A stretch of 64,000 nucleotides of DNA from NCBI GenBank assembly GCA_002633005.1, contig NMRA01000024.1, positions 1 to 64,000 on the forward strand. The letters are read 5' to 3'. This document shows, piece after piece, positions 25,732-38,881 of this stretch. The translations under genes and the position numbers were made by a program. Origin of the DNA: Phoronis australis. Taxonomy: Eukaryota > Animalia > Phoronida. The notes under the pieces were generated by a model. The model did no database searches, was not told the origin of the DNA, and worked only from the letters and a program-made list of their open reading frames with translations. Every line of letters starts with the position of its first letter. Positions within the stretch are counted from its first letter, which is position 1.

Positions 25732-26325
25732 TGTAGTATTATAGCTCTTTAGACTTAGAGATAGATATATTGAGTTCCGGTTCCATCAGCGTTGTTGTTC
25801 CTACATGGTGGCAGCGGCGGTTTGTGTCATTTTTGTGATTCTGGCGAAACAACTGGGCATTGTACACTGATACCTTCCAACGGTTTGTGTTAAGGATCTT
25901 TCGTGCTGTTTTCGAAGTATTTTGTTTGTGAAATATCAGAAAATAGCCGGGAACTGTTGATAGTTGTTGTACAGTACTTCAAAATTTTCCATGACGTCAT
26001 AGCCACATGTGCATTGTGTGTTTTGAGCTGACAGTTCATGTGATCGAAGTTCGCGAGGAAAGTGTGAGGCTCTATAAGATAACTTTTAAGCGCGACTTTA
26101 CATTATAAGTAGCGATACATAAAAGTTAGTGAATTTATTGACCGAATAAATTTACCACATACCTGCACGAGTGACACGCAACATTAGTGAACACGTTAAC
26201 GAAGTGACACATAAACTGACAACATTCAGAACATTACAAAAATGGCAACATATCAGATACCGGCCCCAACCCCAATGTCAGTACAAGGGAATGTGGCAGA
26301 GAACTGGCGTGAATTTGAAACCGCN
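25732..26325 (+). mobile_element. 5' end of a Gypsy LTR retrotransposon (74-bp LTR, PBS, gag start), cut by an N
   Basis: TGTAG...CTACA at 25732-25805, then TGGTGGCAGCGG (tRNA-Leu-type PBS). ATG at 26242 gives MATYQIPAPTPMSVQGNVAENWREFETA. Confidence 0.8.
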
Positions 26326-28503
26326 ACCTTGTCGAATTCTGGCTGACTGGCGACTTGGATTCGATGAGCAGTCTTTGCAACATCTAGATCATGTGTTTGT
26401 AGGCCACACATTTGGCAATATTCCTCTGCACACTTCATGTCCACGTCATTTTTTGTGATGGGTTGGCTCAGTTTAATATAATGAACAACTTGCTTCGGTA
26501 ACTTATCTTGGTAAAGACATGCGTTAAATCCATCCCACTTTGGCGTAGTTTCTGAATTAAGGTTGTCGCGTACGAGGAATATTGTGTCCATTACTAGGCG
26601 TCTTAATTAATAACCCCAGGCTTTTTCACGCCTTAGTAAGTTGCATCCTTTTAATTTGGGTGGCGATTAGAATGAAAAAAATTTGAAACGGATGTTGCAC
26701 TCGAAATTTTAATTAAATGGATTTTGGGCCCTCTTTTGGAGACCAAAGCCCAGGATTGCGCAACTTAAGATGCCCCTTTCCTTCAATGGTTGGTGATTTA
26801 CAATAGAATTATTAAGCGTTAGCATAGTTAGAACTCTTCTTCAATGTTAGTTTACTTAATTAACAACTGTTACAGGTGGTTATCATATAATAAATTAATC
26901 AAATGAATTTAACCATTCTCTCTCCATCTACGAACAATCTCAAGCATAGCTACCCACAGTCTATTTCTGACAAAAGCCCACCAAGAAACATCATAACCAA
27001 TCTGTGACATAGGGAGTTGAGTTTTTTGTTGCCCCATGCCTTTACCTTTCAAGATTGACGCCAATGATGCATTAGCAGGTGAAAGAACGAGGATTAGTTA
27101 AAATGATCAAAACAGCTCACCCAAATATTGTCGTTATTTCTAGTACACTGAGTAGTATTCCATGAACCAACAAAGAGATCACTTCTCTTTCAATAGAAAC
27201 ATGCTGTTATTTCCCTTCCCAAATAGGCCCAGATGCCATTGAAACTGATGGTTTGTAACTATAAGTAGGTTAGGTTGTGAATGTTTTGAAACCAAAAAAT
27301 TTCCTGAACCAGACGTTCACAGAAAAGTATGTTGGGAGCTAATAAAAGCAAACATTTCAAACTTTCTGGGGTGGGCATAAAACTGACCAGTGCGCTAACC
27401 CTGCACAGTCTCTCCTTAGGAAAAATTGGCACATAGACTTCAAGTTGTTCTTTAAGAATTTTAAAAAATACAAAAATCACTGATTTCGACTAGAGAGGAC
27501 TACCCTTTCCAAATTGACCATAAATCCAGATATCAATATGGTCCATTGTTGAGGGTTCCTATAGTCTTTTGTCTGACATGACTGCAGGCAAATAATCAAC
27601 GGGTTCCTGGAAACCGAAACCTAAGACCACCTGTTTTTTTCATCCTATGTCCTTACCTAAGTTTCCACAACATACTGAAGTTCAGAAGCCAAACAGTTCA
27701 AAAAATCACCGGTTTTTATGCACGATATATCAGTTTATTTTAGCCCTCTTGTTCTATTGGACTTTCCTTACTCAAGGTCGAAGGTTCAAGTCCCACTGGG
27801 CCTTAATGCTAGACCCTTGGGTCAGCTTGGTTTTAATTATATATTAATAAACTAGCATAACAACAGCAACACAGAGCATTGAAATGTGCCCATGATTGCA
27901 AAGCAAACGGCGTGCGTCTAGGAGTGTTTATTTGTATCATAAATTTAATATCCTACGGAGGGTTCGGGACGCAAAAAAACTGAAACTAGGAGGCATCATG
28001 GTAGACCTCCCAAAATCCTCAGCCACACGAGTTTTCAAAATCATCCTATCAAGTAGAGTGTTTGGTTGATACAGGGGCGTATGCTTAAAACAGACAACAA
28101 AACAGTAAAAATGGCCACTAGGTGACGCAAAATACCTTGAATCCATCTGAAAACATCTCATTAATAGATGCCTATCTGACAAATTTTATGAAAATCCATT
28201 GAGGACCTCTTGGATACAGAGGTAAACATAAAAAATAAAATTACCACTAGAGGGCACACCGGTAGTTGGATAGGATCGAAATTCGTTGTCATTCGTTGTA
28301 AGATTCATAGGAACATAACGGCGAACCCCATCAAGATCCTATGAGGGATTTAAGAGATAAAGCTGCTGACACCGAATGCCCAGACAGAAATGACGGCAAT
28401 ATGCCCCCACATAACAAACATGTGGACGAATAAATGGTTCCAGGCAATCAGTGCAATGGGCGCATCTGAGTGGCCTGTGAACCAGATCACGAGCAATGAA
28501 TTA
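26326..28503. repeat. Copy 2 of the ~2.2-kb duplication (likely alternate haplotype)
   Basis: Starts exactly after the N at 26325 and lacks the LTR insertion. Confidence 0.9.
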
Positions 28504-28679
28504 TTCTTTATTTTTGTTCCCCACGATTTTGATCTTAGATCAGCACCCCTGATAAACAATCTTCTCCACAGCATTGGCTCTTGTACGGGTAGAGTTTCTA
28601 ATGACTTGTTAGTTAGTAAAAGTGTTGATGACAGCAAATTAAAGAAATAGGAGGCAGTGCCTTACTCATCAAAACTTAC

Positions 28680-28715
28680 TTGTTTCTTCATCTTCATCTC
28701 CCGACAGAGCCTCTC
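28680..28715 (-). CDS. TNFR-Ig receptor coding exon 11 (R-EALSGDEDEET)
   Basis: CTGTTCCAG acceptor, GTAAGT donor, 36 nt, phase 1-1. Confidence 0.7.
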
Positions 28716-29636
28716 CTGGAACAGTGAGTAATGTAAGATGAATACTAAATAAACACTGGAAACAACATGTGACATACCAGTAGGAAACACTAGCAGTAGT
28801 CGAATCAGACATTGCTCGAAAACCAAATGGTGCCAGCGTATTCACATGATATACCTTTTCTTCCCAAAACACCACTTGAACAGCACCTCATCAAGAATAC
28901 ACTGGCTACTAGGAGGTGCTGCAGTGGTCGAAAACCGCCCAAAAATTTAATTGTACTGGTGCGTTGATACCACATGTCGTTATGTCAAGTTTCATTGAAA
29001 TCTGTTCATTCGTACTCTAAATATCACCCGGAAATCCTCTTTCCCCAAAAATACCAACACCAGGGAGTTGGGGAGATTGGTAAGTGACATGGGCTCTTCT
29101 ATAAGTGACGCACTAGGCCCTTGTGCCAAGTTTTATCAAAATTTGACACGGAGTTTCCGAGATATCAAGTGGACAACTGGGCAACCTAACAACCAAAGTC
29201 ACAATACGCAAGCACATAATAATTACACACATGAGGGCACATAAAGATACCCGGTTTTAGTCAATAATATATCAGTTTAGTTTACCAGGTGTTTATTGGT
29301 GATCTTTCCTTTACTCAAGGTCATGGGTTTGACTGTAACACTAGGCCTCACTGCTAGACCCTTGAGTCAGCTTGGTCTTAATAATATAAGCATAAAAATG
29401 GTTCCAAGTGATCAGTGCAATGGGCCAACCTGAGCCCCAATTATCCTTTATTTTTGTTCTCCAGAAAATAACCTAAGATCAGCACCCCTGATAAACAGTC
29501 CTCTCCACAGTATCGCTCTTGTACCCACAAGTACAAGATGCTGTGAAACAGGCCAGGTTTCTAAAGACTTGTTTTTAGTAAAAGTGTTGTTGACAGGAAA
29601 AGTAATAGGAGACGGAGCCTATTCATCAAAACTTAC

Positions 29637-29666
29637 TTGACTGTCCATTTCCTTCTAATACACCAC
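29637..29666 (-). CDS. TNFR-Ig receptor coding exon 10 (G-GVLEGNGQS)
   Basis: CTGTTCCAG acceptor, GTAAGT donor, 30 nt, phase 1-1. Confidence 0.7.
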
Positions 29667-30640
29667 CTGGAACAGTGAATAATGTAAAGTGAACACTAGA
29701 CAACAAACACAGGAAACAACATGTGACCTTACCAGTAGGGCACATTACGGAGCAAAACTGCAATCTGTTGCCTCATGTCATGGTCAACTGGATGCTTTTG
29801 CTAATTTTCAATTTTAAGTCACAGCCAAACTGTACCTCCACTCATAATTACAGATATTTGCCACGGGATTACCAAATTGCCATGGTCACAGGATGAAAAA
29901 CTGGAGCTATGCCCCACAGCCCAGTTGTAATGTTGCTAAAAACTAAAAACAAAGTCTAAAATTTTATATCTTTATTTACCTTGAATGCATAATACGAGTG
30001 TTCGACAATTTATACTCGCAAGAAATGAAAAAGGCAGGTTCTAATATGCACTTTTTGGAAAACATTTTGATCACTTTTGTTCCAAAGGTTTTGAAATGTT
30101 CAAAATTCCATGGAACAGTAGCAGAAATAAAATTAATGTGAAATTCTTTTTTTAATTGAAAGTAGTGGGAACCATGAACAGAACCAACTTAAAGTTACCC
30201 AACAGCTATTCATCTGTAAGATCTGTCAAAGTATGTAATAAATCAGAGGCCTGTTTCAAGAAAAGTGGCTTACGACTTATAGACAGAAATGTGATTTTGC
30301 ACTCCTACTTCACAATTGCCAAATAAAGCCTTAGCCAAGACATGTAATCATTAACAAATAAGTGCATGGAAATAATCTGACTGTACAAATCTTCTCAGTA
30401 AGAAACAGCTATGGGTGTATTCTTAGAGACTTTATTCTTTTGCTAATTGAAAGTGAGTTTCAATTATTTAGCAGACACATAGTTATGTGGAGCACAAGAC
30501 CAAATTTGTGTCTTTTAAGACACAAATTTGGTCTTAAAAGACCTACCTCACTTTACATGAAACAGACCCTGGCCATTTTAAGCTCACAATGTATGGTGTA
30601 CGTGACTTTATCAATCTTAGCAATGCTTAAAATCCCTTAC

Positions 30641-30751
30641 CATTAAATCCAGGAAGGTCGCCTTGATTGTCGTAGTTACGAGAATTACGATGTCCAGATT
30701 TCTTGCAACATTTAATGTAAATGACTACACCCGCAATCACAACGGCTATTA
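30641..30751 (-). CDS. TNFR-Ig receptor coding exon 9 (second half of TM helix and juxtamembrane region)
   Basis: TTACTTTCAG acceptor, L-IAVVIAGVVIYIKCCKKSGHRNSRNYDNQGDLPGFN, GTAAGG donor. Confidence 0.85.
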
Positions 30752-31364
30752 CTGAAAGTAAACAATGCCAATACACAAATTGAAGTTCATGAATGACCCA
30801 AGCTTAGCTAACATCCAAGGGGTTTGAATCGAGAATTTAAAATGGACTCATGGGCGCCGAGCCCAACACTACCCTACATGGGTATAATTTAAAAGATACG
30901 TAAAGTAAGTAGTTCAAGACATGAAATGGTTGGTACAAGTTTGTCTTCTACATCTGTTCACCTGAAACTTGAAAAAAACAGATACTGTGCGTTGACGAGA
31001 GGCAAACAATGTCTGACCATCTTTCAACCAATAATCAAAACTAAATTAATGAGGCTTTGGTGTTTTAAATGTAACCGCTGCTTAGTACGAACAAAACTAA
31101 CAGTGGAACACATTTGCTTTTTAGAAAAAATACAAAATGAAACCTTTTCCACCACAGAAAGTAAATCTTTCACAAACCAGCAGGCTCACTGGGTGGTGCT
31201 AACTCTGGTTTTGGGCTGCAGCCTGAGCAAACGAGTTTTACAATATGCAAACAAACAGCTAAATCTAGAGGATTGTTGGTTCCATATTGTTTAATAGAAT
31301 TAATTCAGCACTATGACATATCTGCTTCACTCAAAGATGAGGCACACTGAAACTAATGCTCCAC

Positions 31365-32142
31365 TTAGACAGCCAGCTAGTTGTATGAAGACTATCGTTA
31401 AAATACTCAGTCTGCTAGGTAAACTGTTCCACTGTGTGTTGAGCTCCTTTAGACCACAAAATGTCACACAGCATGGGTAGTTCAGCTAGTCACCTCCTCG
31501 TGAAAACTATGTCAACAAGTAGAGCTAATAATCGCGGGATTCACACAAAATCTGGACGTCAACCGACACCCATCTCGTCTGCTACAGCCTTTTAAGTGAA
31601 AACAATGATCTAAGAAACGTCATTTCGTTGCGTAATTCTCCACCTTTTGTAACAAAAAGAAAAGCCTGCCATATTTTTGAAAACAGTACGCTCATGTCAC
31701 GCACACACCCCATTTCCTAAGTTCTTTGCGACACCTGCCGGGAGATGATGGCAGCTTTGCAGCAACTAAGTTTGTTCAGAGATTCTGACTCACTGGTAAT
31801 AAAATGCTAAAAACTTGTAATGAAATGAAACCAGTTCCGATAATCTGTTGACATAGGTGCAACCTCATGGGAATAAGAACTGTTCATTGCAGAATCGAAG
31901 AAAACAGAAACTGGCCAATGGGTGACGTAATATTCCATGGCGCTGAAAGTTGATGCATAAGATCGCTCCACAACTTGCGCAGCAGAATAACAGTAGAATT
32001 CCCATTTGTCTAACAAAGGTAAGAATTTTACTTTACTCAAGGAAGAATGTAGATTTTAATGACACTAATGTTGTTTCGGATTTTCTTTGGCAACTTTTTT
32101 ACCCCCATCGGCGCAAAGCTGTATAATTATTTAGTATACAGC
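31365..32142. repeat. Interspersed repeat, homologous to 48430-49108 (reverse fragment at about 61020-61270)
   Basis: Shared CACCTC.TCGTGAAACT, GAAATGAAACCAGTT and a terminal AGCTGTAT...TATACAGCT hairpin. Confidence 0.7.
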
Positions 32143-32773
32143 TATGTACCAACTAAGCTATGCTCCACTCTGCAACTCAACAAGATTGAAGATGACAGAC
32201 AATGAAATCATAATAAAGGTACTGGACATGAACAGGCATGAGTGTCCAGGAAGATTATGTTTCCTTTTAACACATTGCGAAACATACTACTATGAAGAAC
32301 TCGACTTATTTAAAACAAGGAAGTCCAGTGAATCTTCTCAGTTATTTCCAGAATGAACCAAATCCATATTACCATCAAAGCACCCCATGCCTTTAGTTTT
32401 GGAGAACATCTCAATGATAATTTGTTGTCCCACCCTTGGGATACAGCATGGTTAAGCCAGAGACAGACACGAGCACAATTTCTGTTCAATATTTTTTGGA
32501 AAAAATGGCGGGAATTTGCAATTCACAGGTCTCCAAAGGCGCAGATAGTTTGAAAGGGACACCATCGTTTTTATGACCAAAAACTCATTTTGGGAATCAT
32601 TGTTGGATGGACTTCTTTAAGTTATTAGCTTTGATCAGAGCTATAAAATAACAAAATCCGTTGTCTTTCTGGTTATATTATTAATTTCGTTAATTCTCAG
32701 TTTTGCCTGCCAGGCATTCCATCAAACCAAGGCAACCGTTTTTAACATTCAAATACGCTTTGACTCTGAAATT

Positions 32774-32830
32774 TGGCTCAGCGGCAGAGTGGTCGGCTGA
32801 TATGCGGAGGTTGAGGGTTCGAATCTGTGC
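32774..32830 (+). mobile_element. tRNA-derived SINE head
   Basis: TGGCTCAGCGGCAGAG (A-box) ... GGGTTCGAATC (B-box). No acceptor stem. Confidence 0.5.
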
Positions 32831-33508
32831 TACTACTACTGTTCTGTAAAATTATCTTTCTTACCAAGAATGTCCATTACAGTTTTATTTCACAAACGCC
32901 AATGTCCTCCCAAGGTCATCAGTCCTCACAGAACTCTATTTGATAGGAAGCTAACATTTCCTGGAGTGAGGCTTTCCTCAAATGTACACTACACCCCATC
33001 AGTTACAATCATGACTGCCTAATATTATTTTCCCCAACCCCTCTACTAGTACAGGAACCTTTCATCCGATACGAAATGGCAACATCGATTGTTAAATCTT
33101 ACTAGGCAATGAAAGTGGCGACTGCTTTCCTAATGACTCCTTCGTTTTGCCATTTGCAGGCCACTTCCCAGTCATTTAACAATAAATCCGTCAAAATTGC
33201 TAAAATTGTTGTGAAGGCCTAAATTTTCCATTTCTCCAAACTTTTATCTGATGAAAGCTACAGCATAGAACTGAAAAAAGATAACGTACCTATTTGGCAA
33301 CATAAATTTTAATGGAAAACGGAGGCGATATACCTCATCAGTCATATTGTGTCCTACATTAGTCGACATTCTATCACAAAGCATTTACTAGTAAGGTATT
33401 TAACCCGTGATCTTCTAATTTGAAAATATCCAACCACACTCGACACTGAAGAGCTGTAGGGTGTTCTAAACTGTCCAAAAGTGCAATACCAAATGTTAGA
33501 GTACTCAC

Positions 33509-33562
33509 AAGCTAACACACCGAAGATAGTTCCCACTAGGGTCCCGTTGTCACTGCTTTTGT
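33509..33562 (-). CDS. TNFR-Ig receptor coding exon 8 (first half of TM helix)
   Basis: TTGTTTGCAG acceptor, D-KSSDNGTLVGTIFGVLA, GTGAGT donor, 54 nt, phase 1-1. Confidence 0.8.
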
Positions 33563-35958
33563 CTGCAAACAAATGTAATATTACAATTTTAATCAAACAT
33601 TAAAACACAACACAACAAAGTTAGAAGTATTTCCAACTACAACAGCAACTTAGTGAACTGAAGAAAGCAAAGTTAATATTCTATTAACATACCCACAACA
33701 GGATGCGACAATGGAAAATTGAAATTGTCTCCATGTAAAACTATGTGTACTGATGATCCAAAAATATGTAGGTGCAGTTCTTTCCTAATTAATAAAAACA
33801 CAGTGGGGCTATATTCCACAAACATCACTCAAGGTATGAGGCAGATAACAAGGTGAAACTGAAAGAAGACTAAATTATATAGAGCCTGGCTACAACAGGA
33901 GTAAGTCAGAAATTCCCAAAAAGGACAAGCCCTGTTTTTTAACACCCGATCAGAAAATTTTCGAGAAGATCTTTCATCAACTACGGAAGCAGCAGCTAAA
34001 GATAAATCGGCCACAAGGGGGCATAGCACCATCTAAAAATTATTGTTACTCGGGTTTTGTAAAATTTTGTAATAATTTTCCATTCAGTTTGATAGATGAA
34101 AAAGCTGATGTCAAAAAAGAAACCTAAAATATTAAAATTATCACAATGGGATGCTGAACATGTAACAGTCACAAAAAATGATTTTTTTTATTAAAAGCAT
34201 ATCTTCTCACAAATTCCACGAAGAGAGTTGGTAGAGACAGAGGCAGGCATAAAAATGTAATACGACTAACCAAAAGTCAACACGCGCTGTGCTATAATTA
34301 ATGGGAACACAGCTGCTAGACTTCATGACAATCTTTTAAACAACATGGTAGACGTTATGCCTGGCACAACAAATAAAACATCCATTAAAAAGCAGGAATA
34401 GATGCTGCATACATCTGACGATCAATGTTAGCCATGCTCTCCTACACAGAAAATCTCGAGTGCAGAAGGGAGTATGAGGACGAAGGCAATGACACCAGTG
34501 ACGATGCAGAAGGCAACCTCTAAAACAACATTGCCACCAACAATAAAAAAGAAGCAAAACATAATTATCAAAGAGCATGCTTTTTAGTCGACTAATTATC
34601 CAAATGCCATGCAGATAAATCCACCCAGGTTCCAGATTAAAAGTAAAAGGGTTTCCTTCTAACTACATACACTTTCACTCAAGACAAATGTCAAGAGAAA
34701 ACGCACCATGAGCCCCGAAAATTTGCTACAAACTACTGAGCATGATTGTCCCTCTTAACATTCCATAGATTGACAGGTCTGCATATTAAGCAAAATATCT
34801 TACAAAACTGTTAGTAGATTTTAACTTAAAGTAAAACAAAGTATTCTGCAGTGCTGTAGACTTTTAACTAAGAGTCAGAACGTTCAGGATATCTTGACAA
34901 ATCTGTAGACACATCTTACTAGTTCTACGCCTTCCAACATGAAAGACAAGAAAATGCAAAACGTGAAGATGACGCAAGTTTGTCAGGTTAATTTCTGACT
35001 GATCAGAATCCCCTTACTTGAAGATACCTTCAACGCCGGTAGTTTTAAAAAGCTGAAATCCTGAATAAGTTCTACGGGCATTACTTGGGCAAATGTGCTT
35101 GACATTTCAAAATGAGGCCAATGAACACAAGGAGCTTTCTCACAAAGGAGAGTTCTATCACTGTGTAATACGAGACAGCCCTATTGTCGCTTCATAAGTA
35201 CCCCCTCCTCACCACCACCACCATAACACTTTTTCCCCAAACCACAACAACACCTGAATGTATACATAAACCCGTGGCAAACAGCAACACCACAATTACC
35301 AACCCCACACAATAAGTCAGTTGGCAAAACACACATCATAGTTGGCGGCACACCCCCAACAACCAAGGAAAAACACCGAGTTTTGGGATCAAAGCATTCC
35401 AACAACGAACAAGGTCAAGTGGCTCTCTACAGTTTTCCTCATTTTTCTTTCTCCACACAGGGGAGAATAATCTTTGCTGTGGCGTACGAGGGAGATACGC
35501 AGAGGTGGTTCGTTTGAACAGATAGAAGCAAGGACAGGAGGTTGATTCTAACTTCTACAGTTCTATTGTAATAAACTGCAGATCGTGGAACAGAACAACA
35601 CTATCAGTGTGGAATGACTACTACTGAATGAGATACAACTGAAAGGAATAACAGACTAGAGATACAACTAAAATTAACCAAATCAAATAAGATGCACTGA
35701 ATAAGGAATGCACTAATGTTCACAAACGAACAGTTTCAGGAATAGCAAGCATTGCTAACCCCCTTTTCTGAGAAATTCGCAGTAAACGACAAAACAGAGT
35801 TGTGTAATAAAATGATTACCGGTAAATCAAATGATGCTATAGTACCATAGCACATTCTGTGACATTTGTCTTTTCAGAAAATTAAAACATATGCAATAAA
35901 AATTTATAAAATCTTGCTATTTTTGGAGAATAGGTTGGCCATTGGTCTCTAGAGGCAT

Positions 35959-36211
35959 TGTCAGTAGAAGATAATCACCTACTTAGAGACGTGGTACTGT
36001 ACAGCTTGCAGAAGTTTCGACCTGGTCCGCCAGGTCTTTATCCTGCCTTTTGCTGATTAAGAATGTTCGAATACACGGGTGGTAAGTGCAGACCCCAGTC
36101 TCGGTTCAAGAAAGGAGGCGCTGCATGCACTCGTTGGTAAAGACCTGGCGGACCAGGTTGAAACGTCTGCGTCCAATCTACACCGTCTCTAAGTAAGTGA
36201 TTCTACTGACA
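35959..36211 (+). mobile_element. Second Penelope-like remnant with inverted ends carrying a degenerate hammerhead-like motif
   Basis: Inverted arms TGTCAGTAGAA..ACTTAGAGACG..TTTCGACCTGGTCCGCCAGGTCTTTA / TAAAGACCTGGCGGACCAGGTTGAAACGTC..CGTCTCTAAGT..TTCTACTGACA. Confidence 0.55.
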
Positions 36212-37586
36212 AAAACTTGCTACTCTAAGAACACTTTCCCTTAGGGGAACTTCGGTTGCCAAAACACTCTCGGTTGCACAAGTGGGGAGACAGCCAACCA
36301 AGCATATTTTTGGCAAATTGAAGTCTGCAGTAGCTGAATTTCCAACCAGTGATTTGTTGCCGGGAAGTCGCTGAGTGTTAAACTACAGCCAGGGTTGCAA
36401 AAATTATAGGTTAAATGGCTACCAAGCTCCAAATTCATAGCGACAACAGGGCTCGACGCTATTAAAATCGCCAGGTCGCATTTTGCGACCTAGCCAAAAT
36501 CCCAGGTCGCATTTTCAAAATCCAGCTCGCATTCGNGGAAGGGGGAATGCCAACTCAACACTACAACCAATTGATAATTATTTAAACTTGTGACATGCAA
36601 TACCTTATGAGGCCTGGTATACCTGTGTAAATGTCACCAACAAAGATAATTATACCTTTGCCAACAAAATTATTAAAGCTTGAACACTAAAAAGCTTCTG
36701 AACACTGGTAGCGTATACACGCTAAAAAGATGAAAACTGTTAATCAAAGACCACGGTTGAGTTCCACAAATGCAAAAATTTCACAAAGGAGGCCATTGTG
36801 ACCACACGCTTTGTTTACAATTGAATATGACGATCTCTTGCCAAGTTCTCGCATCCATCAAAGCACCACAAACAAATACCATTTACTGAGCAAGATATGT
36901 GGTCATATTATGCAAAACTCAATGGTTTTGGCTGGCTGTTAGACATACTTGTTCGCACTTGACATTAATGTCTCATAGGAAAAAATAAGAAAATTAAATT
37001 TGACCATTATAGTACCTGGCCAAGTTCCTTTCTTTCAGAAGCTGCTTTCTTCACAGCTCGGGATGTATGACCACTCTTGTGCTTTGCCATTTTGTCAACA
37101 GTACATATTTAGCCGTAAATAGCCAGAATTAGACGAAGTAAGCAACCCACAAATCACAGAAGTCGTTGCTTGCTGGTTAGGCCTGTGATACACATACCAA
37201 TAGAGAGGCCTCGCGATTCGCCAATTATCAGGCTATTTCGAGAATGAAACGAAACAAATTTTCCGAGTTTGTAGCTCAACGCTCAACTTTTTAGCTAAAG
37301 TAATGATTTTACAATACTTTTTTAATTTCTAACTTTAAAATCTTCTTCCTCGCCTGTTTCGACTACAATTCATGAAACAAATTGAGACGCAAACATTTTT
37401 TAAATCAGTCAACTTTCATAAAAAATCTGACACCTGTCAATAACTCCCAATTCACAGCTGTTCTGTGTGCAATCATTTGCAAAAAGTTGGCTCTCAGCTA
37501 TGTAGTCAAGAGCACAACACAGAAAAAACTATAATGCATCAACCAAGAGGTCACACTCCATTAACTCTATCAGTTGGAACACTCAC

Positions 37587-37628
37587 CCGCTGGTGCTCTT
37601 GCTGTTGTAAATTGAGCGACCTCAGCAC
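37587..37628 (-). CDS. TNFR-Ig receptor coding exon 7 (stalk, G-AEVAQFTTARAPA)
   Basis: TGTTCTAG acceptor, GTGAGT donor, 42 nt, phase 1-1. Confidence 0.65.
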
Positions 37629-38554
37629 CTAGAACATGAGCAAGCATGAAATTCAATTGTTCAAAAATCAACTGGTTCTGGCAAAGTCCCACAATACTAA
37701 ATACCTCTGCATCACATTTCGACAAAAATTGACAGACGAGGAATTTCTTACCAAAATTATGACTAACAGGGGTGCCACAATTGTAACCTGTTTGGAATTT
37801 GCCTGGTGCAGTTGCACACCAGCCATATAATTCTACAATGCCTAAGCAAAATTAGTAGCAATCAATGTAGGGCGCATACAGCGCATAAGTGACAACTAAG
37901 TAGCAGAGGTGCAGTGCTTAATTGGTAGTGACCAAGGGAAGGGGACAAACTGTTCTTTTCCACCACGAGCAATGATAATTCTAAGTTGTCATATAACCAA
38001 AAATAGCAAAGTCAGGTGTATGTTACTGTCTCTCTTAAACCACCATACTTCGCCATGTAAATGCCCACTGCTCATTTTAACGTACACCTCCAACTTTTGA
38101 GTCAATTTTGTTAAGAACCCAGGGGTACATGTTTTAACACCCAACTGTGTCTTTTGAAAAATGTTCCATAAGCGTCCAGGGGACCCTGCAATTTGATGAG
38201 TCATTCTACAGCAAATTTCATAATGTCGCATTTTTTATACTTCTTGAAATTCATGTCATGAAGGTGAGTGAGTACTTGAGTGGTAAAAACCCTAAACAGT
38301 TACATTTTGCAAAAAAGTGCCCAAAAACAAAATGCACAACCTCAAGCAAATCCAGATCTAGATCTAGCTAACGCATAGACAAGGTGTGATCCAGTCAGAA
38401 AAATGTCACGTGTAAGGACACACAATTAGTTAGCATTCGCACGAACAGTATTTTATAAAAGCGTCTCCCAAACTTTATGCATGGAAGAATACACTACTTT
38501 ATTTTGCACCTTTATTAGGAAACTTCTCTCCAATAACAATCATGAATGTCATAC

Positions 38555-38697
38555 CTTTGAGTCTCATCTGTATAGCCACTTCAGCTATCTTAGCAGTGGA
38601 TTCAGTTCCAATGCATGTATAAGCACCGGCATCATCAGCAGTGAAGTTTTTGAACATCAGAAGGGACTTGTGTTTAAGAATTATCTGGTGAATTTTT
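38555..38697 (-). CDS. TNFR-Ig receptor coding exon 6 (Ig domain, second half)
   Basis: TTTTTTCACAG acceptor, L-KIHQIILKHKSLLMFKNFTADDAGAYTCIG... containing the Ig D-x-G-x-Y-x-C motif, GTATGA donor. Confidence 0.9.
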
Positions 38698-38881
38698 CTG
38701 TGAAAAAAGAACAAGAATATACTTTTGCAATACTTACGCACAAAAACAAGTAAAACAAGACAACACAGTGGTCATAAATGCTAGAATTCAGTTACCAACA
38801 ATCTCAGTGCTATTAAATTATTAGAACTTTAGTGTGACGTCATCAAAGCAGCTCAGAATGAAGATATTAATATTCACTTAC

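Noticed and set aside
32774-32830. tRNA gene (also at 95-176 and 20086-20153)
   Set aside because: A and B boxes are present but no cloverleaf can be folded, so these are treated as SINE heads.
33200-33270. Candidate exon after TM exon 8 (TTTTTTCAG acceptor, F-LCCSFHQIKVWR...*)
   Set aside because: It gives a TM segment that is too short and an early stop. The exon at 30641-30751 completes the helix properly. A minor isoform cannot be excluded.
37016-37090. MAKHKSGHTSRAVKKAASERKELGQ followed by a GT donor
   Set aside because: It has no acceptor and the wrong phase for the receptor. It is probably part of a transposon remnant.
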